Source of the DNA: Mesotaenium endlicherianum | Lineage: Eukaryota | Length of the DNA: 64,000 nucleotides | NCBI GenBank assembly: GCA_009602735.1 | Contig: WELA01001243.1 | Location: 124,445-188,444 of the forward strand | Reading direction: 5' to 3' | Part shown: piece by piece, positions 49,325 through 63,600 of the stretch | How the letters are laid out: the number at the start of each line of letters is the position of its first letter | How positions within the stretch are numbered: position 1 is the first letter of the stretch | Program-made: the position numbers and the translations under genes | Notes under the pieces: generated by a model | Databases searched by the model: none | What the model saw: only the letters and a program-made list of their open reading frames with translations | What the model was told of the DNA's origin: nothing

Positions 49325-52300
49325 GTGTGTGAGACAGATCAAGAGAGGCAGAGAGGCATCTCGCTGGCGATGCACTTAGTGCACGTGCTCACGTGCGTGC
49401 ATCTGTGTGTGTGTCTGTCTCTTCTCGTGTGCGTGTGTGCATGTGCCCATGTGAGTGTGGGTGTGCGTGTGCGCTCACATTCTTGAAGAAATGGGAGTGG
49501 GGAGCAGGACATCAAGGTGACGAGGCAGCTGGAGGACGACGGCATCCAGACGCACGTCGTCGACGTCTACAGGTGTGCAGTGTGCCTACTGCCCTGTTCC
49601 TGCTGCCTGCTGAGTGTGCTGTGGTAGCTGGCTGTGCTAGGTCTCCTGGCTGCTGGCTACTGGATTATGGGTGCTTGATCTTGGGGAGTGGCTGCTGGTT
49701 GTTGGTTGCTGGGTGCTGGCTTGCTGGCTGCTAGGTGTTGGGTGCTGGCTAATACTGGCTGGTACTAGTGCTACTTCTGCTGGGCCTGTCTCTACTACTA
49801 GGTCGAGCATGCGCCGTCATCTGATGCCTTCCCTGCTTTCCTACTCCTTGAAATTCCTAAGTGAGTGCATGCAAGGTCATATAGAAGGTCTTGGAGAAGC
49901 TGCGCTCAGTGGATGAAAAGCAAGAGTGGGTCTTGCAGCTGCTCGCCTGCAAGAACGTGCGCGCTTACGTCCGCAACAAGGTCAGCAAGAACTAGGTGTG
50001 CCCCACCCCTTCCTTGAGAACTTGCCTTTTCTATAGCCCTCAATCGTACCTCCTGCACTATGACGGGAGCCATAACTATCATCAGGGGGGGTGGTTATAC
50101 AAGGCACCTCCATCACGTTGTTATACTATTTTCCGGAGAATCTAAACTGTCGATGCAGCTCGGAATGGCTGCGCAAGAGAGGTCCATCAGTCGTCAAATA
50201 CTCAGCAAAATGCGAACCTGTCGGGCTGGGACCGAGGTTGGCAGCTATGCTTGCTGTGGCAGAAGATGAAGGTGGGCAGCTCGATGGAGGAAGGGGGTGT
50301 GAGCCAGCAGGGCTTCTGGGATGCATGCCAATACTCCACCCACGGCTGTGGGGGTTGCCGCATTAGTCGCTGCTGCTCAAGTCGTACGCCATCAGCTCTG
50401 TGTGCCCGCACCATCTCCTTGTCGGCGGCAGGTGCATGCGTGCGTGCGTGCGTGCGGGCTGGAGGGAGTGGGAGGGAGACTGGGAGCGTGCTCTTGGGTT
50501 GTGGAACGTAGGGTACTTGCTGCCAAAGTCTTACGGAGGGAGGGAGGAAGGGGACATAAGGGCCTGCTGTTGTTGCTACTTGCTAATGCTTGCTTATATA
50601 GAGCTACCTTCTGGGGTACCTTGCTGATATTTAGTGCTGGTCTAGAGGCGCGAGAGGAAGGGATGGGGAGGTCTAAGGGCGCGAGTGGAAGGGATGGGGA
50701 GGAAGGAAAGGAGGGGAGGGAGTGGGTTGGAGTACTGATGCATGCAGGTGCAGCATGATGCTTGATGCTTGACATTTCTCGCGCTCGTCCTAAGCCCCAG
50801 CTCGGATCGCGTCATCCTACACTCTTGTCTCTTGTCTACTCCGACCCGACGTACCACTGTCAGCTATCCCCTCATGCGAGTGGTTAGGGATGTAGGCTTG
50901 CAAACCTTCACGTGCATGTGCTGAAAAGTCAACCCTGTCAGTCATTTGCTCTCTTTTTTTAGCAATGATTTTCTATGGATCACAGCGTACGTATGCATGC
51001 GACTACATGCCTGTGTGTTGGGGGTGGGGGGTAAAGGGGGTCGGGATGAGGGGTTGAAAGATGCTTTAATTTTGGTCACTTTGTGAGAGTGCGTGTGCAT
51101 GTGCGTGTGGGCGTGTCTAGTCTGTATGTGGTGTGTGGGGTGTGTGGTGTGTGGTGCATGGGTGGTGGGTGGTGGGGGTGTTCTTTCCACTAGTGCTTGC
51201 AGATTGTAGCTCCGTTTTGATATAGCTGCTGCAGGTTGTTAGATACTTGCTGTTGGTGGTTGCTTTTAATGGTGCTAAGCTATTCCACCGGATGCCTGGC
51301 CATTAACTATTGCTTGTTCACTCTAACACGGGTCAGATTGACTTGTATGCAGATTTTGCGACACTCGAAGGCAAGAGCTGAGAATTTGCAGGAGTTAGCA
51401 CCACTTTGAATCTTGGTAGTTGGGTAAATGATTAGGTTCTCTGGTAGGAAGTTACATACAGTAATTAGGACTCAAGTGAAAGCTCTTGAGCAAGCAGTAT
51501 GTAGTCTCTAGCTTGTGACCTTGCACACCAAAGTGATAAGAACACTTCATCAAATGGCTCACACCATCTACCATTATGCTACCACGCTGCACTGCAAATG
51601 GCAAAATTACTGAATGGCACAGCATCCATGCAGCAATACACATGTGATGTGCTTCCAGACTGGCACTGAAATGGAACATCTGCCAGATAAAATGCAACGT
51701 CATTTTGCCATTTTAAACCAATAATGGGAAAAAAAATGCCAGCGCCATTATTGACCATTTGGGGTTTGTTGCGTTTTCAAAGAGTGTGTGAAGAATCTTT
51801 GCCAACGAAATCTACCTCAACATAAGACGCTTTTCCAACTCAAGAAAGAGGTGGAAACGGCCCCACAAGCTATCTAAACGGCGTCGATATCGGCCAATTC
51901 GCCCGTTGACCATTCTCAGCGTACATGGTAGCGAGAATTGTGTCCACCCAAAATTTGGCATCGTTGGGAAATTTGGTTCGTGAAGGTGGGTCATGCACTC
52001 AGAAAAGTGGTTAAGAAAACTTTGGAAACACAAATTGAGAAGTGGTAGTTTTGTATTTTCCCATAATAGATTTCTTTGAAAGTAAAGCACTGGTGTCGTG
52101 CCTAACGGCGTCGGACCCCTGGCATGTGCGTAGCTTCCCAGCACATGTGCCTTCAACCCGGTCGACGTGTCGGTGATTCCTTTCACGTGCGGGAATTTCC
52201 TGGTCGTCGATCGGTGCGTTGCTGCGCTGCACGTGGGAAATCGACCAAGTTGATGGTCCCCTGCAAGTGTGTCGGTGGCGGACTGGCTGGGGGTTGACCC

Positions 52301-54057
52301 ATTCCTGGTCTTCCTGCACTTGCATCATGGGGTGAAGCATCCCACACTCAGTGCTTCCTATGCTCAACCAGTTCCTCATTCCACCCTACCAACACTTAGT
52401 AGAAATTCCAAAAAGTTATCTCATCCTCACCTTCCCTTACAAGGACAGAAGCGTCTTACTTCCACACAGGCTTTCACCCAAGTTGAGGGTTTACAGAATG
52501 AACAAGTTTTGTGGTTTGCAGAAATCACGTCTAAGCAGCTTAACAGGCAATGCTAGATTCAAAGAAAATTGCCCTTCAAGGCTTTCGCTTAACTTCCATA
52601 AGTCACAGCTTACAAAACTCTGAAACTGCACATCTATGCTGGCCTGGTCTGAGCTCTTCACTCAACACCGCGCCTTAACAGCTCTTCACTGCTCGGCTGG
52701 GCTCACTCAGTTCTTCACTGAGAGCTTTACTTGTTAAGACAACTCTTGCTATTAGCAATTCGACAATTGAGACTTCTGAGAACTTGGAAACTAACACAGC
52801 ACTCACCGTTTTAAGTGACCCTCGCACGCTTGTGGCGTTTGACCCAAATTTGTGATAATCTCCTAACATATTCTATTCTGCAGCTCTCTACTTTCTACAA
52901 GCGAGCTCCTTTCTTAGGAACTCCTGAGGTCTTAACCTTTCTATGATACACTTAGGAAGAAATCTTCCAGCGTCGGCAGAAGCGTGGCGTCTCGGCTCTT
53001 CTATGGCCTTGGGAACTCCTTCATCTCCTTTAGCTTCCTTTGACAATGATGCGAGCAAGAGTGAGGCAGCTTCAGGCAGGACTCGTACCTTTCACAAGCA
53101 CCACACATTATCCTCTCTCGAGAATGCCAGTGCTTAGTCACAGTGCTTAGCTTGCATGCCGTCCATACCTAGCACCTCTCATACAGCTTCGGAGTTGTCA
53201 TTTCGCATGCATGCATGCCTTGGGATTGTCGCGCGTGACTGCTTAGCCTTTCAGCTGAACATCATACCTATGTGACTGGCTGGCACCGTTTAGGATGAAT
53301 GCTCAAGCCGTGACTAGTCACCTGAGGTGAAAGGGACAGAGTGCCCTAGTGGAAGCGTAGTAACTCACGAGGAAAGGAACTAGTTGCAATCATACTAAAG
53401 AGTGCAGCGGCATATCACTAACAAAGCTTAGGAAAAATACTCAGCTTTTTGAGTAGCAAGAAACTGCTCACAAATGAACTAGGATGAAAGGCCTTGTCAT
53501 TACAAACCCGTAGAAATTTACAGAAGTCAAACTGATAAGCAACAAAGAAGTTATGCCTATTTATAATTTTCTGCCTAAATGCTCCACTCTAGGAGGAAGT
53601 TACGGATTTTCCTAAGTGTTCGTCAAATCGTCCCTTCCAGAATATTCGTGAGTAAGCCAGATCAGTCTAATCTGACGTGTCGCGCCGAATTGACGTCCAC
53701 ATACATGCATCGACATTACTAGAATATTCTATCTTAGACGCGCTAGGCTAAACCGAAACTTCTAGGTAAATCGACCTAGTCGGCACTCCGCGTCAGCCGG
53801 ACTTACGTGAAGGTTTGAGTTCATTCTAACGGGCCAGATCGATCGACGCTGTCGGCCAATCCGACGGTCGCGCTCACCGCGAATTAAGGACAGTCGTCAA
53901 CCGACCTCAAAACTAATTAAACTTCAGAAATCCGTAACTCTTTCAATACTTGACCAAATTCGATGAACTTTATATCAAAATGACCACAAAAATGCACTCT
54001 ACACTACTGTACAATCAAAACATACTTTTATGAAACTCAAAAATGCACTTTATAAAC

Positions 54058-57000
54058 CTATGACCTTACATCATCCCCCTCCTCAAGATGCGACGTCCTC
54101 GACGCATTCTGCAAATAACGTCTCAACTTACTCTTACAATGAGTCAAGTTGGCCTCTGGCTCCCAAGTGTTGTCGTCTGCATGGTAGCCCTTCCACTTGA
54201 CCAGATACTCTTGAACAAGTCGTTGACCTCGCTTGACTCGTCGATCGTCGACAATCGCCTCCACTTCATATTCCAATACATCATCGTTCTCGACCGGTGG
54301 TGGCGGTGTAGGTAGTCGTCCTGGATGTCCTTCATTTGGGTCAACGTATGGCCGCAGACAACTGACATGGAACACATCATGGATACGCCAGCCTGAAGGA
54401 AGTTCCAACTTGTAGGCCACTGGATTCACCTGCTTGAGCACTACAAAGGGACCTGTAAACCGTGCCCGCAGTTTCCTCTTGCCTGTGAAAGGTAGGTTCT
54501 CTGTGGACAAGAGTACTTTGTCGCCCACATGGAATGTCACTTCCCTCCTGTGCTTGTTAGCATGCTTGACCTGCTCTTCCTGTGCCTTCGGAATACACGT
54601 CTTCGCCATATGCCAAGTGTTGGCCATCTGCTCCATAAAAGCTTGTGTAGTAGGAACCTGAGTCTCCTTGGCCTTCTCCAACAAAATGTTCCCTGGATGG
54701 TATACTCCTCGCCCATAAACTATAGCGAATGGTGACTGCTTGGTGGATCCCTGCATGCTGTTGTTGTAGGCAAACTCCAATCCTGGCAACTTCTTGTCCC
54801 ACTCTGAAGGATCTTCCATAGTGAAACTCCTGAGCACCTCTTGCAGAGTTCTGTTGAGCCTCTCACTCTGCCTGTCTGTCTGAGGGTGGAAGGAAGTGCT
54901 CATACTCAGCTTGGTCCCCATCAAAGTAAACAATGACCGCCAAAAGTTGCTAGTAAACCTTGGATCCCGATCCAAAACAATCACCGTCGGCAACCCATGT
55001 AGCTTGAAAATATGATCAAAGAATTGCCGTGCCACATCCGCTGCCGTAGAAGTCTTCTTCATGGGAATGAAGTGAGCCATCTTGCTGAGCCGATCAGACA
55101 CAACCCAAACTGCATCGTGCCCTTGACCACTCACTAGTAACGACGTGAAGAAGTCCATAGCAATCTGCTCCCAAGGATACTCTGGAATAGGCAGGGGCTG
55201 CAATGTACCTCCCTTCTTTTGATTTGGTGTCTCGTTTCTCNCGTTTCTTTGGCACGCATCGCAACTCCTGATCCACTCCTCAATTTCCTTCTCCATATTT
55301 CTCCAGTAGTATTCCCGTTTCAGCACGCTTGCCGTCTTCTCGCTTCCAAAGTGTCCAGCATATAAGCAGTCATGATGCTCCGCAAGTAGTAAGTCTCGTA
55401 GCTCCTTGATGTCAGGTACCACCACTCTGTTCGAATCACCATAATACCATATGCCGTCCTTCTTCTGCATACTCGCGTTGAACTCAGCTGCTCCACAATT
55501 AGCAAACTCTGGATCCTCCTCATAACCTCTTTGAAGCTTCTCCTTGAAGTCCATATTCTCCTTGATGGCTGAGACAGCTGCAAAGTCACACCTTCTGGAT
55601 AAAGCGTCTGCAGGGTTGATCTTCCCAGGTAAGTACTCAATCTTGTGATCGAACTGTTGCAGAAACTCCATCCACCTTGCCTGTCTTGGTGTCAACGTTG
55701 GCTGCGTCATAAACTTCTCCAAGCTCTTGTGGTCGGTCTTGATGAACACCTTCCGACCGTCCACATAACATCGGGGATAATAGCCAACATCTCCCGCTCA
55801 TGTGCTGCATAATTCTGCTCAGCAGGACTTAACTTCCTGCTCTCATATGCCACAGGTTGTAGTCCCTTGCCTTGGTCCTGGAGAAGAATGGCTCCCATTG
55901 CAAAGTTTGATGCGTCTGTGATGATTGTGAAAGGAAGCTCTGGATTGGCGATTGCCAACACAGGTGCCTGTGTTAACAGCTCCATAATCTTCTCAAATGC
56001 TTGCTGCTCCTTGTCACCTCATAGCCACTCCTCCTGCTTCTTCAACATGTACGTCAGCGGTGCACACACCTTGGCAAATCCTTCAATGAAGCGTCGATAA
56101 TAATTCGCCATGCCGAGGAAACTCCTGAGTTGATGAATATCAGCAGGCCCCGGCCAATCTCTGACTGCTTGCACCTTCTTCTGTTCCACCTTGACTTCTT
56201 CAGCTCCCACTATGTGTCCAAGAAACTCGACTTCCTTGAGACAGAAGTCGCAGTTGCTCATCTTCCCATATAACTTTTGATCTCTCAAGACCTCCAACAC
56301 CTTTCTCAGATGCTCCACATGCTCTTCCAAGGTCTTCGAATAGATCAGGATGTCGTCCAAAAATACCACCACAAACTGGTCCAAGTAGGGTTTGAAGATA
56401 CTATTCATGAGGTTCATGAATGTAGCAGGTGCATTAGTCAACCCAAAAGGCATGACTGTGAACTCGAACAAACCATAGCGAGTTCTGAAAGCAGTCTTTT
56501 GAACATCTCCTTCCGCAATTCGTACCTGGTGATAGCCACTCCTCAAATCGATCTTCGAGAAATACTTCGCCCCGACAAGCCTGTCAATCAACTCGTCCAC
56601 TCGTGGAAGTGGGTACTTGTTCTTGATGGTGACCTTGTTGAGAGCCCGGTAGTCGACACACATCCTCNATCTCCATTCGACCATCACGTCCTTGGACTTT
56701 CACTTGTCCTGTGCTCCAGTGCACTTGAGGGTTGGCTTTTCTCAGCCATGGTCGACCCAATATCACCTCATAGTGACCTAACTCTGCCTGCTCCATAACT
56801 TCAGTACTCCGGTGCCCCGCTACTTCCACGTGAATAGCTTCCGTAGGTGCACCACACTTGAGTCTCTGCCCATTCGCCAAAATTGCCTCCTTAGGCTCAT
56901 AATGCTTCTGCACAGGGATTCGCCACTGTTTCACCAGCTTCTTGTGCACAAAGTTTGCACTTGCGCCACTGTCGACCATACACTTCGCCTTGTTGCCGTC

Positions 57001-57140
57001 GACCACTCCTTCCACGATGATAGGCTTGTCAACATCTCGTCCTTTGCTTCTCGGCAGGCTCCTGGGGATAACCTCCTTGTGAGTTCTCGTCTTCACGCCA
57101 GTAGACACCCCAGAACGACTTACTGGCGTCCTCCTTTTTC
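54058..57140 (-). pseudogene. pol of family B: protease, RT, RNase H, integrase, chromodomain (disrupted)
   Basis: [31 protein letters not shown] and DDE; YEVEAIVD...YLVKWKGY...NTWEP. Stop at 56019-56021, lesion near 55765, assembly gap at 56668. Confidence 0.92.
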
Positions 57141-58160
57141 CTGCTGTTGAGGTTGCTTCGCCTTCACATGACAGTCTCGAGCCAGATGTCCAAGCTTGCC
57201 GCAATTATAGCAGGGTCCTCTCGGCTTGNGGGCTTGAAATTCTGTTGCCTGCGCTGGTTCTGAACAAGTCCCAACTCCATAGGTACTAGACCTTGAACAC
57301 TCGTGCTTGGCGCTTGAGATCCAAAGTGTCGATATCCTCCAAAGTTGTGGCTGCCCCACTGCCTCTGACTATACTCCACAGCGTCGACCCTTGTTGCCAA
57401 TGCCATCATTTCTCCAAGACTGGTAGGGTCCTTGAGCGCCACTTCCTTGGCCACAGTTGGCTTGAGTCCCCTCTTGAACTTGTCCATTATCTCCGACTCG
57501 TGCATGGATGGACATTGAAGCACCAGCTCGTTGAAGCGCGATACATACTCTTGAACGCTTGCTCGTTGACGAAGGCGCACCAATAGATCTCGAGCGGTAG
57601 CCTTGGGTGCAATAGGTTGAAATTGCCTCTTCAAACCTTCAAAGAGCTGATCAACAGTAGCAGGAACTCCAGGCAGCTGCTCTTCTCGTTCATACCAAGC
57701 TCCAGCACTCTTCTGCAGCAAAGTTATGACAAAGGCGACTTGCTTGTCGGGCGTGAGCACAGAATACTCCATAAACTTCTTCACTCCAAAAATCCATTGA
57801 TGAACAGGCGGCGGTCCACACTCTCCAGTATACACTTCAGGCTTAGGCGCACGCACTCCCGATGCGGGTGGAATAACTGGTTGCACCACTGGGTTAACGT
57901 GAATTGGTGGTACAACGGGTGCAGGTGCCGAACTCGTCGAAGCGGCGTTTCCAACAACAACTCGCGCCATTTTCTCCACCTCCGCGCGCATATTTTGTTG
58001 AAAACAGGGCATAGACTTCTCCTCCAATTGCATTCCCCATTTGCCTCAGTGTCGCTTGCATTTCTTGTTGCTCTCTGGTCATCGTTGGTGCTGCCTGCTA
58101 CCCCGCGTGCTCAACATGCTCGACATGTTCGCCTCCTCCAGCTACCGACTGCGACTCCAT
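57120..58160 (-). pseudogene. gag, family B (frameshift near 57995, N at 57229)
   Basis: Near-identical to 45382-46413. Confidence 0.9.
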
Positions 58161-60686
58161 AATATAATATGCAAATTAGCCCAGCTTCGATACCAGATGA
58201 AAGGGGCAGAGTGCCCTAGTGGAAGCGTAGTAACTCACGAGGAAAGGAACTAGTTGCAATCATACTAAAGAGTGCAGCGGCATACCACTAACAAAGCTTA
58301 GGAAAAATACTCAGCTTTTTGAGTAGCAAGAAACTGCTCACAAATGAACTAGGATTAAAGGCTTTGTCATTACAAACCCGTAGAAATTTACAGAAGTGAA
58401 AACTGATAAGCAACAAAGAAGTTATGCCTATTTATAATTTTCTGCCTAAATGCTCCTCTCTAGGAGGAAGTTACGGATTTTCCTAAGTGTTCGTCAAATC
58501 GTCCCTTCCAGAATATTCGAGAGTAAGCCAGATCAGTCTAATTTGACGTGTCGGGCCGAATTGACGTCCACATACATGCATCGACATTACTAGAATATTC
58601 TATCTTAGACGCGCTAGGCTACACCGAAACTTCTAGGTAAATTGACCTAGTCGGCACTCCGCGTCAGCCAAACTTACGTGAAGGTTTGAGTTCATTCTAA
58701 CGGGCCAGATTGATCGACGCTGTCGGTCAATCTGACGGTCTCGCTCACCGCGAATTAAGGACAGTCGTCAACCGACCTCAAAACTAATTAAACTTCAAAA
58801 ATCCGTAACTCTCTCAATACTTGACCAAATTCAATGAACTTTATATCAAAATGACCACAAAAATGCACTCTACACTATTATACAATCAAAACATACTTTT
58901 ATGAAACTCAAAAATGCACTTTATAAACCTATGACCTTACATGAGGGTCTTGGCCGAGGTGGCACACAACGCTTCTGCAGCATCCCTACTGTACTTGGCT
59001 TTAGATAGCCAATTGATCAATATCTTTCCGGGCACTTGCTGGTTCCATACCCCTAGCCTTTCGGCTGACTACTCCGTCCAAATCCCCATCCATCCCTGGG
59101 TGTGGGTTTGACGTGTCGGGACCACTATGACAGTGATTACGACTTTGACATGACCGCTGACCGAGATAACTCGGTCCTTTGGTCGGTGAGTCAACACTGA
59201 CTTCCCGTACCTGGGCGGCCGTGGCTTGCGCTGTGCGTGCGGCACCGTCAAGTGGATAGCAGTCGCGACACTTGGTCTGGTTCATCATGTGAAGTTCGAA
59301 AATTTATTTGGTAGTTTTCCTTTAGTCCCTCATACGTTACGATTAAGGCGAGACTTAGCATTTACGCTCCACGTCGCAGTGAGAGCTTCAACAAAGCTTC
59401 CCTCAAAACTGCTCGCTCCATTCAGATCAGAAAGTAGGAAATCGGGATTGAGGACAAATTAGAAAGTCCTGATTGCCATCAATCTCGGAGTCGCTAACTT
59501 CATCGACAAAAGAGTATCACAAACTTGGGCATATGAAGGGTACGTGAGCGTGGATTGGGACCTGGTTACCGGCTGATGCCGGCAACTTTGTTTGTCAGGA
59601 TTAATTAGGACACAGTTGAGCACTCAAATCCGCGACAATAAGGCGGCGCAATTAATTGTCGGTTTCAGAATAAGGATGTCCAGGTCAGAGCCTGAAGGCC
59701 ACTGAACGCTATCTGAAGGACATAAGAACGCAGACAGATCTTCTGCAATGTTCAGGTTGTTGTCCTGATTACTGTGTCTAGGAACTTTACACGCTTCAGA
59801 TGGGGTGGAAATACATCTTCTTTCGTGTCACTGTTCGATGCACAGTATGTGCGTCGCGCCATTGTGCCAGGATTGATCGTGACAAGAAAATCCCGACCCC
59901 TTACGTGGAAATATGAGGATAGTTTGAGAAAACTGACAGAAAGTGCAGTAAAGTGCGTAAAAATGCACAAAAATGCACAAAAATGTACAAAAAGGTGCAC
60001 AACGAATCCAATCGGGGCGCTTTGAAGTTACTTTCTGATGGCTTGTCAGAAAAAGAGCGTGATCGGAATGATCACTGACCTTATGGTGCCTTTTGGAGCA
60101 TTTTGGAGCATCCTGGAGAAACTTTAGACGACAAGTTCAGAGATTGTGAGACTTCTGCCTCCCTAAATTGATCAGATGGTACCGAATCTCGTCCTCCATC
60201 TCAAAACGCGTGCGCTTCTAAAAGGGGCCCGCCTCCAGGTCTATGTCCGGCTCTTTCTGGCACAGTCTGGCAGGTGTTCTACTTCGTACCGCTTCTTGCA
60301 GATTCCGAAGGCGATGGAATCATGAACGACTGATATTTGACAAATTATTTTCATTTGCCTGATGGCTTGTAGGAAACTGGGCCATGCGAGGGGGTTGAGC
60401 AGGATAGGGGCAAATCGAAGGCTGTATCCATTTTTTCCGCCTGGTCCTCCTTCGGGCGTCACGTGAAATATGTACGCGTGGTGCTTCAATCTAGAAGCGG
60501 TTGCCTTCACTGTGCTTAGAGTTTCTTGCAATAACATCTGCAGTGTGAACCATCTGTAGTCAGCTTATGGTTTAACATTTTTTTTCTTTACTTGTCGTAC
60601 CAACCTGTATTTTGTGACGACTGGAGCGTGCTCCTGAAGCTAGAAACCGAGATATGTAGAGCAGAACTTTAGTGGCAGTAGCTATA

Positions 60687-63600
60687 ATGGGAGAAGCTTG
60701 CTCAGTTACACCCATCCATGCTTCACATGGTGATTATGGAAGCGAAACATGGCACACTACGAATCTTGACGTAGCTGGGACTGTCGGGCATAGGTTGCTG
60801 TTTTGGAGTGATGTTGGGCAAAGAGCGTCTCCTTGGCACGATATTTTGTTAGATGCAGAGCAGCAGACCATTCCGATAGTGTGCACGCTGCCAAAATCTG
60901 GAGAGGAGAGATATCAGTTAGCATACGAAGAGCCATTCACTCCGTTGAAACCAAAGGACCGTTCTTCCTACAGCTTGTATCCTCTTAAGGCGCCTTGGAA
61001 CTGTGGCTTCTTGCCCCAGACATGTGCCGATTGCGAGGAAATCACGGAGGGTACCTCTACCAATACAAGGGGACCTATTCCGGTGATTGACATAGGATCA
61101 GCAAGTGCGTACATGGGTGCTGTGTACTCTGTGAAACCATTAGCTGCACTCGCTGCAGTAGGGAGGCAAGGCCAGCTTCTGTGGAAAATTGTAGGGATAG
61201 CATCAACGGATCCAATGGCGCAGATATTGAGCTGCCACGCTGACGTGGAGAAGCACAGGCCAGAATTGTTCACCAGAGTGCTCAGGTGGTTGACCATGAA
61301 CGGCACCTATGCAGGTAGAGCTCTCTGGCCGCTCGTTCTGCACTCCCTTCTACAATTTCTTCTGAAATCGCAGGTTGTCAAAGTATCCCAACCTTGTTTC
61401 CAGGAAACCAAAAGCCACTCCTCACCAGAAACTCTGCCTTCCTTGCCTGAGTCCAACAAGTGTGACCACTTTGTACGCGCAATTCTGCGCACCACTCTGT
61501 GACTTTGTCATCCAAAAAAAAAGGCTGGCATCTCATTTTCTAAGGGTTGTTCATGTCTGGCCGGCAGCTTTTGCTGAAGCTTCAGGATGATGGTCGTGAT
61601 GGGTTCGGTTTTTTCACAACGCCATGAGCCTTATAAATCTATGGCTTTTGAAAAATATATAGTCGGGAGTATCCAATTTGACGTAGAAGGGAGCTGAGGA
61701 GAACGTTGGAGCCATGGCTGGCAGATATCAGGATCCTGAAAACGTAGTATTTGCTGGCATTGAGCCAGCTTCTTTGTCCCAACTTCCGAGCCAGCTACTT
61801 TGCTCGCTGAAGTTTGAACTTTAGTGTCTGTTGGTTTGCACCGTGCTGGGTGCTCTGGCTTCATGATAAACCCGTTTTGTGCGTTAGCATTGCATGAGAA
61901 CGGAGCATGCGGCGTGCAATACAGTCACAAACTCAGCCCGGCTCTTGGGAAAAAATGATACTGCAAGGGGCAGCTTGACTGGTCATCATCTCAAACCATT
62001 ATCTCGACACCGTGAACACGTGACAAGTGTTGCTCTCCGAAAAGTACTCCGCGGGGATCATATCGTGAACCCAACCTCTGTAATTTCACCTCTTCTTGCG
62101 ATGTCGATGCACCCCAGAAATCGACGACCTACCTTGTCCGTGGTGGTTAGCATCAGCGACGAGTTTGCTATAGTGATGCTATGGTTGTCCTAGCGAGGTG
62201 TTTGCGTACAAGAGAAGTCCTCCATGTGGAAGCCCGGCACTCTCTTCATCGACGTGACGTCACTCACGCCGCAGATATGCTTTTGCCAGCTTTCTCAACC
62301 TTGATAGTACTCACATGGGCGTGTTCCATTCTGTGCAACAATTCTTCTCTTGGTAACCTCGCATCCACAGCCATGGCCATACACGGAAGCGCGTGGCCGG
62401 ATCTTACGTCTTCCTCCCAGCTGGTGAATGCTTACTGATGCACTTCCCAAGGGCCATGCACATGCAACATTGGACCGGCTACGGTCCACGTCAGCCTTCC
62501 GCCACACCCTTTCTATCTGACACCCACTGCCACCAGCTGTCTGCTCGTGGGGGTGCACAATATTGCTTCTCCTAAGGACCGGGGGAAGCGATTTGAATAA
62601 CAGCAACTTGATGCCTTAACTTGCTTGTGCTTGTGCTTGCTCCCTTCCTCCTGCAGAGGGCAAGGGGGGCATGTTCTGGCAAAAGGACAATCTGATTGTG
62701 CGTGTGCTCGCTCTCTTGCTCCTCCTGCAGAAGGCCAGGGGGGGGGGATTTTCTGCACGAACGGCAGTCTGATGCTTTTGCTCGTCGTGCCTGTGCTTGC
62801 TTGCTCCCTCCTGCAGAGGGCAAGGGCGGGATGTTCTGGATGAACGAGCGGCCGGCGAACGTGGAGGTGGCGCTCACGATCGTCGCGCATGCGCACATGG
62901 CATGGAAGGTGCTCCACGACCAGAAGATGCTGCCGGGGACCTCTGCCTCAGCAGCCGACGCGCGGCGCACTGCGGGGCTGCCAGCGTATGAGTGCCGTAC
63001 AACCCGCAGGCGCCTGAGCGAGAGCGAGGCCCCCCCAGACCTGCCCGAGCTCCTCGAGGGCGTCAGGGACGCGTACCCTCTCAACCTGCAGCGCACGCGG
63101 CCGGGCAAGCGGGGCAGCAGCCTGGACCTAGCTCCCGGCGCGAGCACGCCCCCCTGGAGTGTCGTCAGCGAGTGGAAGAAGGGGGCGCCGATACAGGTGG
63201 CGGACACCAGGCGGCCCACGGCGGTCCCGCCGTGCACGCCCAAGACGGACCCGAGCCCGAGGGTAAAGCGCGACATGACGCGCGAAGGGCACGGCGGCGG
63301 CGGTGCCTCCCGTGACAGAGGCAGCGCCGGGGGGGAGCCTGCTGGTGGGGGGGGCTCAGCCTCCTCTTCGCCCGTGAGGGCGTGGCCTCCTCCCGCAGCT
63401 TTCAGGGGGAGTGTGCCGGCCTGGGATGACAGGGACAGCCTTGCCGCGCTGTTCCACCTCCAGCAGCAGCAGCGGGCAGAAGCGGCCGAAAGGGCCGATT
63501 TGGCGCAGGAGTGGCGTGACAGGGGGATCGAAGCGGGCGGCGGCAGCGGCGACGGTGACAAGCACCTCCTTCAGGGTGAGAAGCAGCAACAGCAGCAGCC

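Larger units (their letters stand above)
53328..58941 (-). mobile_element. Ty3/Gypsy chromovirus, family B, with both LTRs
   Basis: LTRs 53328-54070 and 58198-58941; perfect TSD TGAGG; PBS TGGTATCGAAGC; PPT GAGGAGGGGGA; three N positions inside. Confidence 0.96.
52094..59270. mobile_element. Solo LTR-like element, family D, second copy (host of the family B element)
   Basis: TGTCGTGCCTAAC...GTCGCGACA; collinear with the first D copy. Confidence 0.75.

Noticed and set aside
55241..57229. Biological rearrangements at the N bases (55241, 56668, 57229)
   Set aside because: Short duplications or missing sequence at single Ns indicate assembly joins.
59940..60001. AAAATGCACA short tandem repeats, and CA/GT microsatellites elsewhere
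   Set aside because: Ordinary low-complexity sequence with no supporting structure.
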